A DNA stretch of 64,000 bases from contig QHSO01000001.1 of the NCBI GenBank assembly GCA_003220475.1, positions 4,346 to 68,345 on the forward strand, given 5' to 3'. The translations under genes were made by a program, and so were the position numbers. Every line of letters starts with the position of its first letter. Within the stretch, counting starts at the first letter, position 1. Shown here in pieces: positions 56,358 to 64,000 of the stretch. The notes below the pieces were generated by a model that saw only the letters and a list, made by a program, of their open reading frames with translations, made no database searches and was not told where the DNA came from. Source of the DNA: Candidatus Rokuibacteriota bacterium (lineage in GTDB: Bacteria; Methylomirabilota; Methylomirabilia; Rokubacteriales; CSP1-6).

Positions 56358-57731
56358 GTGGCCGGACAGAGCGTGCGCGACTTCGTGGCTGCGTACGAGC
56401 AGGCCTTCCCGGCCGAGGTCGTTCGCGTCACCGAGCCCGTGACGCTCGAGTACGACGTCATGGCGCTGGTCCTCGAATACGAGCGGCGGCGCCGCTGGCC
56501 CGTGTTGATCTTCGAGAACGTTTCCGGCGCGGACATGCCGATCATCGCCAACGTGGTGGCCAGTCGCCGCGCGCTGGCGTGGGCGCTCGGCGTGCCGGAG
56601 TCGCGGCTCGCGCTGGAGTATGCGCGACGCATCAAGGACACGATCAAGCCCAATGTCGTCGCGCGTGCGCCGTTTCGCGAGCGCCTGCTGACAGGCGCCG
56701 ACCTCGACCTGCGCCGCTTGCCGATTCCGACGTACTTCCCCGGCGACGCGGGCCGTTATCTCACCGCCGGCATGCTCGTCGCGCGCGACCCGGAGACCGG
56801 CGTCGAGACGGAGGGCTATCACCGCTTTCAGCTCAAGGGCGCGGACCGCATGGGCGTCAGCCTGCACTCGCGGCGCCGCATGTTCGAATACCAGCGGCGG
56901 GCGGAGGCGCGCGACGAGCCGCTGCCGTGCGCGATCGCGCTCGGCCTGCATCCGCTCGTGTCGATGGGCTCACTGGCCTACCCGCCGGCCGACGTCGGGA
57001 AGTTCGAGGTCGTCGGCGGGCTGTTCGGCGAGCCGCTCGACGTGGCGCCATGCGCCACGATCGATCTCGCGGTGCCCGCGGCGGCGGAAATCGTGATCGA
57101 GGGCGAGATTCTGCCGCGCGTCCGTGAGCCCGAGGGACCGTTCGGCGAGTTCACCGGATACTTCTCGCGCCGCTCGACCGAGCACGTCTTCCAGGCGAAG
57201 GCCATCTGCATGCGCGAGCGCGCGTGGTTCCAGTCGATTGGCTCGGGCCGCGCAGGTGATCACATCACGACGCTCGGGCTGGTGCGCGAGGCGGAGATCT
57301 GGAATGCGTTGCAGCGCGTGATTCCCAACGTGACCGGTGTCCACGTGCCGCTCTCGGGCACGTCGTCGTTCAGCGCCTACGTCTCCCTCCGGCAGGGCCG
57401 TCCCGGCGAGGCCAAGCACGTCATTCCCATCGTGCTCGGCGTCGACCATTATCTGAAGCTCGTCATCGTCGTCGACGACGACATCGACGTCTTCGACGAG
57501 TCCGACGTGATGTGGGCAGTGGCGACGCGGATGCAGGCCGATCGCGACCTCGTGACGATCGGCGGCAGCCTCGGCGCGATGCTCGACCCGAGCGCCGACG
57601 AGCGTGGCGTCACCGCAAAGCTCGGCATCGATGCGACGCGCCCATTCGGCCAGCCGTTCGGCGAGAAGCTGGTGATGGACCCGGCGAAGATGGCGTGGGC
57701 GCGCGCGCTCGTCGACCGCCTCGGCGGCTGA
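56358..57731 (+). CDS. UbiD-family (prFMN-dependent) decarboxylase
   Basis: DAGRYLT, YHR, AEIVIEG, EGPFGEFTGY, VIVVDDDIDVF, WAVATR.QA, LDPS, KLGIDAT. Confidence 0.93.
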   Translation: MAGQSVRDFVAAYEQAFPAEVVRVTEPVTLEYDVMALVLEYERRRRWPVLIFENVSGADMPIIANVVASRRALAWALGVPESRLALEYARRIKDTIKPNVVARAPFRERLLTGADLDLRRLPIPTYFPGDAGRYLTAGMLVARDPETGVETEGYHRFQLKGADRMGVSLHSRRRMFEYQRRAEARDEPLPCAIALGLHPLVSMGSLAYPPADVGKFEVVGGLFGEPLDVAPCATIDLAVPAAAEIVIEGEILPRVREPEGPFGEFTGYFSRRSTEHVFQAKAICMRERAWFQSIGSGRAGDHITTLGLVREAEIWNALQRVIPNVTGVHVPLSGTSSFSAYVSLRQGRPGEAKHVIPIVLGVDHYLKLVIVVDDDIDVFDESDVMWAVATRMQADRDLVTIGGSLGAMLDPSADERGVTAKLGIDATRPFGQPFGEKLVMDPAKMAWARALVDRLGG

Positions 57732-57746
57732 GCGCGCGCGGTCCGC

Positions 57747-58580
57747 TCAGCCCTTCAGATACTTCTCGAACCAGCCGGTGCAGCGCTTCCAGCCGTCCTC
57801 GGCGTCGGCCTTGTTGTAGGACGGCCGGTAGTCCGCGTGGAAGCCGTGGCTCGACTCAGGATAGATGACGATCTCGACATTCTTGTTGCCGTTCTGCTTG
57901 AGCATCTCGCCGAGCTTCTGCGCGTCCTCGGGCTTGGGATTCTGATCCTTGCCGCCGTAGAGCCCGAGGAAGGGGATCTTGATGTCCTTGGCGAGGTCGA
58001 AGCCGGTCACCGGGCCGTTCGCACCCTGATAGGGTCGCGCGGGCGGTCCGTACCAGGCGACCGCCGCTTTCATGTCAGGATTCGTCGCGGCCTCCTGATA
58101 CACGGTCGACCCGCCCCAGCACCAGCCGGTAACACCGACCTTGTTCGCCGCCACGCCTGGCCGAGTCTTGGCCCAGTCGACGGCGGCCTTGAGATCGCCC
58201 AGCGTCTGCTCGCGCTTCTGCGCCAGCACGATCTTGAGCACGTCCTGAACGTTCGGAATGTTCCCCACGCCACCCTCGCGCGCGAAGAGCTCCGGCGCGA
58301 CCGCGTAGTAGCCGGCCTTCGCGAAGCGGCGCGTCGAATCGCGGATGTACTCGTGGACGCCCCAGATCTCGGAGATCACCAGCACGATCGGATGATTGGA
58401 CCCATTCGCCGGTCGTGCCTCGTAGACGGGCACGTCGAAGCCGGCGACCGGAATCTTCTGGTCGCCGGTCACGAGGCCGTCGGTGTCGGTCTTGATCGCC
58501 TGCGCCAGGACGGTGTCGACGCTCAATGCATAGCCGGTGAAGGCCGTGCCGGTGGCGAGCATCTCTCGACGTGTCAGCAT
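57747..58580 (-). CDS. Dienelactone hydrolase family protein with Tat-like signal
   Basis: MLTRREM; EIWGVHEYI, GWCWGG, AVAWYG, HGFHADYRPSY. Confidence 0.92.
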   Translation of the reverse strand: MLTRREMLATGTAFTGYALSVDTVLAQAIKTDTDGLVTGDQKIPVAGFDVPVYEARPANGSNHPIVLVISEIWGVHEYIRDSTRRFAKAGYYAVAPELFAREGGVGNIPNVQDVLKIVLAQKREQTLGDLKAAVDWAKTRPGVAANKVGVTGWCWGGSTVYQEAATNPDMKAAVAWYGPPARPYQGANGPVTGFDLAKDIKIPFLGLYGGKDQNPKPEDAQKLGEMLKQNGNKNVEIVIYPESSHGFHADYRPSYNKADAEDGWKRCTGWFEKYLKG

Positions 58581-58855
58581 GCTGGTTGTTCCTCCTGGGG
58601 CATAAACGACGTGATCCGCGCGTGGGTTGCCGACCTCGCTCGTCCATCCTCGCACCTCGGGCAAGGCGACCGGCGCGGTTGGCGGCGCGGCTGCGGGGCG
58701 CCGCCACGCTGAACCGCGGGTCGCGACAGTCTCGCGTAACCGGTTGGATTCGCGAGGAAAGAAGGCGGGATTTGTCGCGAAGAGCCGCGCGGCGCGAATG
58801 ATACTATGACAAAGCGCGCTTGGGGCGCGGGTGTCGGAGGCACGAAGGAGGTGGG

Positions 58856-59341
58856 ATGGATCTCCTGGAGGCCAAGAGCCGCATCGCCGAAGCGTTGGTC
58901 GCGTCGATCTTTCGCCGCGCCCGCTACGACGTGCAGCCCTTCCGCCCCGGCCAACCTCCACTGCGCTTTGGCCGCGAGAACTTCTCGCCCGACTTTCGCA
59001 TCACGCAGCGCCTGGACGATGGTGACGAGCAGAAATATCTCGTCGCCGTGAAGTGCCGGCCCTCCGCCGAGCAGTTCATCTCCGTCGAGAACCAGCGCGG
59101 CAACCGGTCGATCTTTCACATGATGCGCCGCCACTGGCCGACGCTCTACTTCGTGCTCGTCACCGAGCGTCCCGAGGCCGGCCGCTCGTGCTTTCAAGTC
59201 CTCGCGTTCGACACCGTGCGCCAGGGCGAGCCGTTCCGCATGGTGGACCTGGTCGAGATCAAGGAGTTCGGCGTCTTCGCGCACAACGTCGAGGACCACG
59301 AAGCTCTCGCCCGCAGCATCTTCAGCTCGCTCACCGCCTAG
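58856..59341 (+). CDS. Hypothetical protein, PD-(D/E)XK nuclease-like fold
   Basis: IAEALV..IF...Y.V, FSPDF, LVAVKCR. AGGAGG Shine-Dalgarno. Confidence 0.6.
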   Translation: MDLLEAKSRIAEALVASIFRRARYDVQPFRPGQPPLRFGRENFSPDFRITQRLDDGDEQKYLVAVKCRPSAEQFISVENQRGNRSIFHMMRRHWPTLYFVLVTERPEAGRSCFQVLAFDTVRQGEPFRMVDLVEIKEFGVFAHNVEDHEALARSIFSSLTA

Positions 59342-59350
59342 CCGGCGCCC

Positions 59351-59875
59351 TCACGTCTGAGGCGTGCTGAGCACACGCTCGTACTCTCGGTGCACGGCCG
59401 GATCGAAGGCCACGAGCAGCACACGCGCCGGACACTCCGCGGTGGCGAGCGCGCGCGTGATCTCGTCGAGCGCGATGCGACACGCGCGCGGAATGGGAAA
59501 CCCGTACACGCCGCACGAGATCGCGGGAAACGCCACGCTCGCGAAGCCGCGCTCGGCGGCGAGCCCGAGCGCCTTGCGATAGCACGAGGCGAGCAGCGCA
59601 TCTTCGTCGTGATCGCCGCCACGCCAGATCGGACCGACGGCGTGGATCACCCAGCGCGCGGGCAGCGCGTGGCCGCGTGTCAGGCGCACGTCGCCGGTGG
59701 GGCAGCCGCCGAGCCGACGACACTCCTCGAGCAGCCCTGGCCCCGCCGCCCGATGAATGGCGCCGTCGACGCCGCCGCCGCCGAGCAGGCTCGAGTTCGC
59801 GGCGTTGACGATCGCGTCCACGTCCAGCGTCGTGATGTCTTCACGCACCAGACTCACGCGCGCCGCAGCACTCAC
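59351..59875 (-). CDS. Macro-domain O-acetyl-ADP-ribose deacetylase (YmdB-like)
   Basis: [52 protein letters not shown]. Confidence 0.93.
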   Translation of the reverse strand: MSAAARVSLVREDITTLDVDAIVNAANSSLLGGGGVDGAIHRAAGPGLLEECRRLGGCPTGDVRLTRGHALPARWVIHAVGPIWRGGDHDEDALLASCYRKALGLAAERGFASVAFPAISCGVYGFPIPRACRIALDEITRALATAECPARVLLVAFDPAVHREYERVLSTPQT

Positions 59876-60606
59876 ACGAGCACGCTGCGCGCGACGAGCC
59901 ACAGGCCGAGCGCGCCGAGCAGCGCGAGCACGGCGCGATTGAACGCGCGCTGGTCGAGGCGGTCCTGGATCCACAGGCCGGCGACGAAGCCGGCGAGCGC
60001 GATGCCGGTGAGCGCGAGCGACGTCGCGGCCAGCCCGCTCGTGAGCAGGCCGTACCACGCGACGGCGGCGATCTGCACGAGCTTGTAGATCAGGAACGTG
60101 AAGGCCGTCGCGGCGAGGAAATCGGCCTTCGACAGGCCGAGCGCGTAGAAGTAGATCGCGAGCGGTGTGCCCGGCACATTCGTCACGCCGCCCACCACGC
60201 CCGCCACGAACCCGGCCAGCGGCCCCGCCCACGGCTCCCACGACGGCGGCAGTCGCGGCGAGAAGCGAGTGGCGTTCAGGGCGACGAAGGCCAGCACGAA
60301 GCCGCCGAGCAGCAGGAGCACGGCGCGCGTCGGCAGCACGACGAGCAGGCGTGTGCCGATGACGGTGCCGACGGCGCCGCCCACGAGCAGCGGCAGCAGC
60401 CGCCGGATGGTGGCCGTCGGCGCGCCACGCCGCGCGAACTGCAGGCCGTCCATCACGATGTTCGGCAGGATCAGCACGACGACCGCGGTCTTCACGTCGA
60501 CGGCCAGGCTCAGCAGCGGCGTCGCCAGCGTGGGGAAGCCGAGACCGGCCGTGCCCTTCACCGTCCCCGCCACGAAGACGGCGAGCAGCGCCCAGAGCGG
60601 AGCCAT
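59872..60606 (-). CDS. TauE/SafE sulfite-exporter family membrane protein
   Basis: [21 protein letters not shown], about 8 TM in two repeats. Confidence 0.88.
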   Translation of the reverse strand: MAPLWALLAVFVAGTVKGTAGLGFPTLATPLLSLAVDVKTAVVVLILPNIVMDGLQFARRGAPTATIRRLLPLLVGGAVGTVIGTRLLVVLPTRAVLLLLGGFVLAFVALNATRFSPRLPPSWEPWAGPLAGFVAGVVGGVTNVPGTPLAIYFYALGLSKADFLAATAFTFLIYKLVQIAAVAWYGLLTSGLAATSLALTGIALAGFVAGLWIQDRLDQRAFNRAVLALLGALGLWLVARSVLV

Positions 60607-60858
60607 GGCGCTCGATTATGCCGCGGCGACACGCCGATGTCGTGCGGTCGCGCCATCACGACACCTTCGCCGTGCCGCGCGAACTCCGTTGACAAGCGAT
60701 GGCCGCGACTCCGATCATGGTCGTAACTTTCAGCGTCGTGCCCTGATCGGCTCGGAAGGTGGCATCGCGCCCCACATCCCCAGCCGCGGTCAGCGACGGC
60801 GCGCGCTTCTCCCACCCGCTGGCGTCTGCCTGCCAGCCGCGCTCGGGAGGAGGTTCTC

Positions 60859-62058
60859 ATGATGCGGCGCACGCTCTGGGCTCTGGCTCTCCTGGGTTCG
60901 GCGATCCTTCTCGCCACCGGCGGACACGCCGCCGCGGCCGATATCACGTTCGAGAACACTGCCGGCATGACGCCGATGAGTCCGTTCTTCGACAACACGG
61001 ACGTTCCGCTGGATACGCCGTTCGCCAGCTCACGGCTCGGCACTCAGCTGCAGCTTTCCCACGGTGTGAGCTTCAGCTCCGATGCCGACTATGTCGCCCT
61101 CGTCAATCTGGGTAGCGGGCACGCGACGAGCGGCGGCGCCGGAATCGGCGGCGTCACCGCGGCGAATATCCTCAAGTACCACTCCGCCGTGATCATCACG
61201 TTCACGATGCCTGGTGACCCCACCATCCCCGCCGTCACGGATTCGGTGTCGATTCGAGGCGACAACTTCCCGAACAGCTCCGGCTCTGCGACGATGGAGG
61301 CGTTCGACGTCAATGGCGCCCTCCTGGCGAGCGTCACCGTTCCGGATACAGCCGGCTTTACGCTGAGCATCTCGACCGCGAACATCCATTCGGTCCGCAT
61401 CACACAGACCCTGTCGGACATCGCATTCGACGACCTGCATGTCAACGCGCTCTCGCGCGCCGTGAACGTCGCACCCATCGCCGATGCCGGCCCCGACCAG
61501 GGCGTCTTCGTAGGCGACGTGGTCTCGCTCGATGGCTCGCTGAGCAGCGATCCCGACATCGATCCCCTCACCTTTTCGTGGACGCTCGCCAGGCCGGACG
61601 GAAGTACCGCTGTGCTCACGGGGGACACGACGGCGTCCCCGACGTTCACCGCGGACGTCCCGGGAACTTACACCGCGACCCTGACCGTCGCCGATTCGTT
61701 CGGCGCGACCGCGTCCGATAGCGTCGATGTCTCGGCGATCACGAGCACTCAGTCCGTCGACGCGCTCATTCTGCGTGCGCTCAATCTGATCGGTGCGATG
61801 CCGCGGGAACAGGTCACGACCCGGGGCAATCAGAACGCGCTGCAGAACTTTCTCACCCAGACGCTCGATGCACTGCACCGCGGAGATGTCGAACATGCCC
61901 GCGACAAGCTCGCGAAGAGCATCAACCGGATCGACGGGTGCGCCCTTCGTGGACGGCCCGACGGCGATGGCGACCAACGGGACTGGGTCACCGATTGTGC
62001 CGCCCAGGCCGCCGTGTACCCGCTGTTGACGAACGCCTTCGGCGCGCTCGCTCCATAG
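60859..62058 (+). CDS. Secreted PKD/Ig-like domain protein
   Basis: Signal peptide; NVAPIADAGPDQ...V.LDGS.SSDPD.DPLTFSW...GTYTATLTV.D. GGAGG Shine-Dalgarno. Confidence 0.8.
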   Translation: MMRRTLWALALLGSAILLATGGHAAAADITFENTAGMTPMSPFFDNTDVPLDTPFASSRLGTQLQLSHGVSFSSDADYVALVNLGSGHATSGGAGIGGVTAANILKYHSAVIITFTMPGDPTIPAVTDSVSIRGDNFPNSSGSATMEAFDVNGALLASVTVPDTAGFTLSISTANIHSVRITQTLSDIAFDDLHVNALSRAVNVAPIADAGPDQGVFVGDVVSLDGSLSSDPDIDPLTFSWTLARPDGSTAVLTGDTTASPTFTADVPGTYTATLTVADSFGATASDSVDVSAITSTQSVDALILRALNLIGAMPREQVTTRGNQNALQNFLTQTLDALHRGDVEHARDKLAKSINRIDGCALRGRPDGDGDQRDWVTDCAAQAAVYPLLTNAFGALAP

Positions 62059-62087
62059 CGGCGCGCCCGGCGCATGAAGGACGGGGG

Positions 62088-62116
62088 TTGACAGGTCCGG
62101 CATCCGCCGGGATTCT
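62088..62116 (+). promoter_or_regulatory. Putative sigma70 promoter giving a leaderless nbaC transcript
   Basis: TTGACA-N17-GATTCT, 8 nt before ATG 62125, no Shine-Dalgarno. Confidence 0.55.
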
Positions 62117-62124
62117 GGGCCCCC

Positions 62125-62667
62125 ATGCGCCCGCTCATCGCCTTCGACCTCTGGGACTGGATCGCGCGGCACCGCGAGGCCTTCGAGCCGCCCGTCGGCA
62201 ACAAGGTGATCTGGGAGGACTCGCAGTTCACGGCGATGATCATTCGTGGGCCGAACGCGCGGCGCGATTTCCACGTGGATCCGTCCGACGAGATCTTCTA
62301 CATGCTCAAGGGCGACATGGTGCTCGAGTACATGGACGGTGGGCGGCGGCATGAGCAGGTCATCCGCGAGGGCGGCCTGATGCTCGTCCCCGCCCTGACG
62401 CCGCACGCCCCGCACCGGCCGGCCGAAACGTGGGGGCTCGTCGTCGCGATCAAACGCGCGCCCCGGCAGACGGAGTCGCTCGTCTGGTTCTGCGAGCGCT
62501 GCGACGCGCGGATCCACGAGGTGACCATGCCGGTCGGCGACATCGAGAAGGATCTCAAGGCCGCCATCGAGCGCTTCGACGCCAGCGTCGAGCTGCGCAC
62601 GTGCCGCCCGTGTGGCCACGTGCAACCCGAGAAGCCTCCGGTGCCGCAGCGGCCGTCGGGCCTATGA
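62125..62667 (+). CDS. nbaC: 3-hydroxyanthranilate 3,4-dioxygenase-like cupin
   Basis: PPVGNK, GPNARRDFHVD..DEIFY, PHAPHRP, rubredoxin-like CERC...CRPC. Confidence 0.85.
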   Translation: MRPLIAFDLWDWIARHREAFEPPVGNKVIWEDSQFTAMIIRGPNARRDFHVDPSDEIFYMLKGDMVLEYMDGGRRHEQVIREGGLMLVPALTPHAPHRPAETWGLVVAIKRAPRQTESLVWFCERCDARIHEVTMPVGDIEKDLKAAIERFDASVELRTCRPCGHVQPEKPPVPQRPSGL

Positions 62668-63713
62668 GCGCGCTCGCGGGCAAGGCTCTGACCGTGCTCG
62701 GCGCCATCGACGCCGAGACGATGGGCGTCACGCTGCCCCACGAGCACCTGCTGATCGATTTCGCGGTGATGTTCAGGGAGCCGGCCGCCGCGAGCGACAA
62801 GGCGCTCGCTCACGAGCCGGTGAGCCTTGCGAATCTCGGCTGGGTCCGCCAGAACTTCAACGCGAATCTCGACAATCTCCGGCTGCTCGACGAGCAGACC
62901 GCGCTCGACGAGATCATGCTGTTCCGGCGCGCGGGCGGACAGACCGTCGTCGATCCGACGAACGTGAGCCTGGCGCGCGATCCGCTGGCGCTGACGCGCC
63001 TCTCGCGCATGACGGGCCTGCACATCGTCATGGGCGCGGGCTACTACGTCGCCGCCGCCCACCCCGCCGACATGGACCGGCGCAGCGAAGAGTCCATCGT
63101 CGCCGAGATCGTGCGCGAGGTCACCCTTGGCGTGGGCGACACGGGCGTGCGGGCCGGCCTCATCGGCGAGATCGGCAACAGCTGGCCGTGGACGGACAAC
63201 GAGAAAAAGGTCGTCCGCGCCGCCGTCGAGGCGCAACGACAGACGGGCGCGCCGTTGATGATGCATCCGGGACGCGACGAGCGGGCGCCGATGCAGATCG
63301 CGGAGCTCATCGACAAGCATGGCGGCGACCTGCGGCGAACGGTCATGTGTCACATCGATCGCACCATCGCCGACGAGCGTCACCTCGACGACCTCGCGGC
63401 CACCGGCATGTGGCTCGAGTACGACCTGTTCGGGCTGGAGAACTCCTACTATCCATACAATCCCGACTTCGACATGCCCAACGACGGCGGCCGCATGGCG
63501 CAGATCCTCCGGCTCATCGCGCGCGGCCGCCAGGGCCAGATCCTCATGTCGCACGACATCGCGTACAAGAGCTCGCTCACGAAGTACGGCGGCTACGGCT
63601 ACCACCATCTGCTCGTGAACGTGGTACCGCGCTTGCGACGCAAAGGCGTGGACGACGCGGGACTCCGGCAGCTACTGGTCGACAACCCGCGCCGCGCATT
63701 TACGTTCGTGTAG
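62664..63713 (+). CDS. Phosphotriesterase-related protein
   Basis: GVTLPHEHL, GLIGEIG, MHPG, MCHIDR, EYDLFG, SHDI, NPRR. Confidence 0.92.
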   Translation: MSALAGKALTVLGAIDAETMGVTLPHEHLLIDFAVMFREPAAASDKALAHEPVSLANLGWVRQNFNANLDNLRLLDEQTALDEIMLFRRAGGQTVVDPTNVSLARDPLALTRLSRMTGLHIVMGAGYYVAAAHPADMDRRSEESIVAEIVREVTLGVGDTGVRAGLIGEIGNSWPWTDNEKKVVRAAVEAQRQTGAPLMMHPGRDERAPMQIAELIDKHGGDLRRTVMCHIDRTIADERHLDDLAATGMWLEYDLFGLENSYYPYNPDFDMPNDGGRMAQILRLIARGRQGQILMSHDIAYKSSLTKYGGYGYHHLLVNVVPRLRRKGVDDAGLRQLLVDNPRRAFTFV

Positions 63714-63716
63714 ACG

Positions 63717-64000
63717 CTAGGCGCGGACGCGGGTGGAGCGCGGATCGTACGGCGGCTCGAGATGCGCGGTCGCGGCGAAGCGCTCCAGGGCGATCTCGAG
63801 CTCCCAGCGTCCGCCGCGCACGAAGGCCGCGTCGACGCCGTCGGCGTGGGCGACGTAGCCCATGCCCACCGAGCGCCCGAGCGTGTGCCCGTACGCACCC
63901 GACGTGATGCGTCCGATCAGCGTGCCGTCGCGATAGATCGGCTCGTCGCCGAGCAACAGCGGCGCCGGGTCGTCGAGCGTGAACATCACCAGCCAGCGTG
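63717..64000 (-). CDS. GcvT-family C-terminal domain (sarcosine/dimethylglycine dehydrogenase-like), partial
   Basis: LLGDEPIYRDG..IGRITSGAYGHTLGRSVGMGYV...PYDP. The 5' part lies outside the window. Confidence 0.85.
   Translation of the reverse strand, partial: RWLVMFTLDDPAPLLLGDEPIYRDGTLIGRITSGAYGHTLGRSVGMGYVAHADGVDAAFVRGGRWELEIALERFAATAHLEPPYDPRSTRVRA

Noticed and set aside
1..64000. tRNA (including tRNA-Sec), rRNA or known riboswitches
   Set aside because: I could not recognise a cloverleaf or conserved RNA motif by eye in the short intergenic gaps. An Infernal/tRNAscan run would be needed to exclude them formally.

Overview
This is a very GC-rich, gene-dense bacterial window with about 65 CDS. 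I see no rRNA, tRNA, CRISPR array, transposase or prophage. The gene style (many Liv-type ABC transporters, LLM oxidoreductases, an AC-AAA-TPR protein, short GC-rich repeats) suggests Candidatus Rokubacteria/Methylomirabilota, but that is inference. Most genes are for catabolism, transport and redox. The ORF track misses several things. (1) Three selenoprotein genes are split at in-frame TGA codons, each followed by a SECIS-like hairpin: two UGSC-motif proteins (one beside and one fused to the same uncharacterised partner domain) and a UxxC DsbA-like protein. (2) A His/Cys-rich leader ORF ends in the RAPP ribosome-arrest motif and is followed by an RNA structure that can hide the Shine-Dalgarno of a porin / Met-His membrane protein / FMN-bind-like operon. 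This looks like a metal-sensing translational switch on an undescribed envelope system. (3) Many genes appear leaderless (TANNNT 6-8 nt before the start codon), and a few probably start at ATA or CTG. (4) Two families of short palindromic repeats nest in each other and form protein termini. (5) A tandem acyl-CoA dehydrogenase has complementary FAD half-sites. All calls come from motif recognition by eye; no searches were run.
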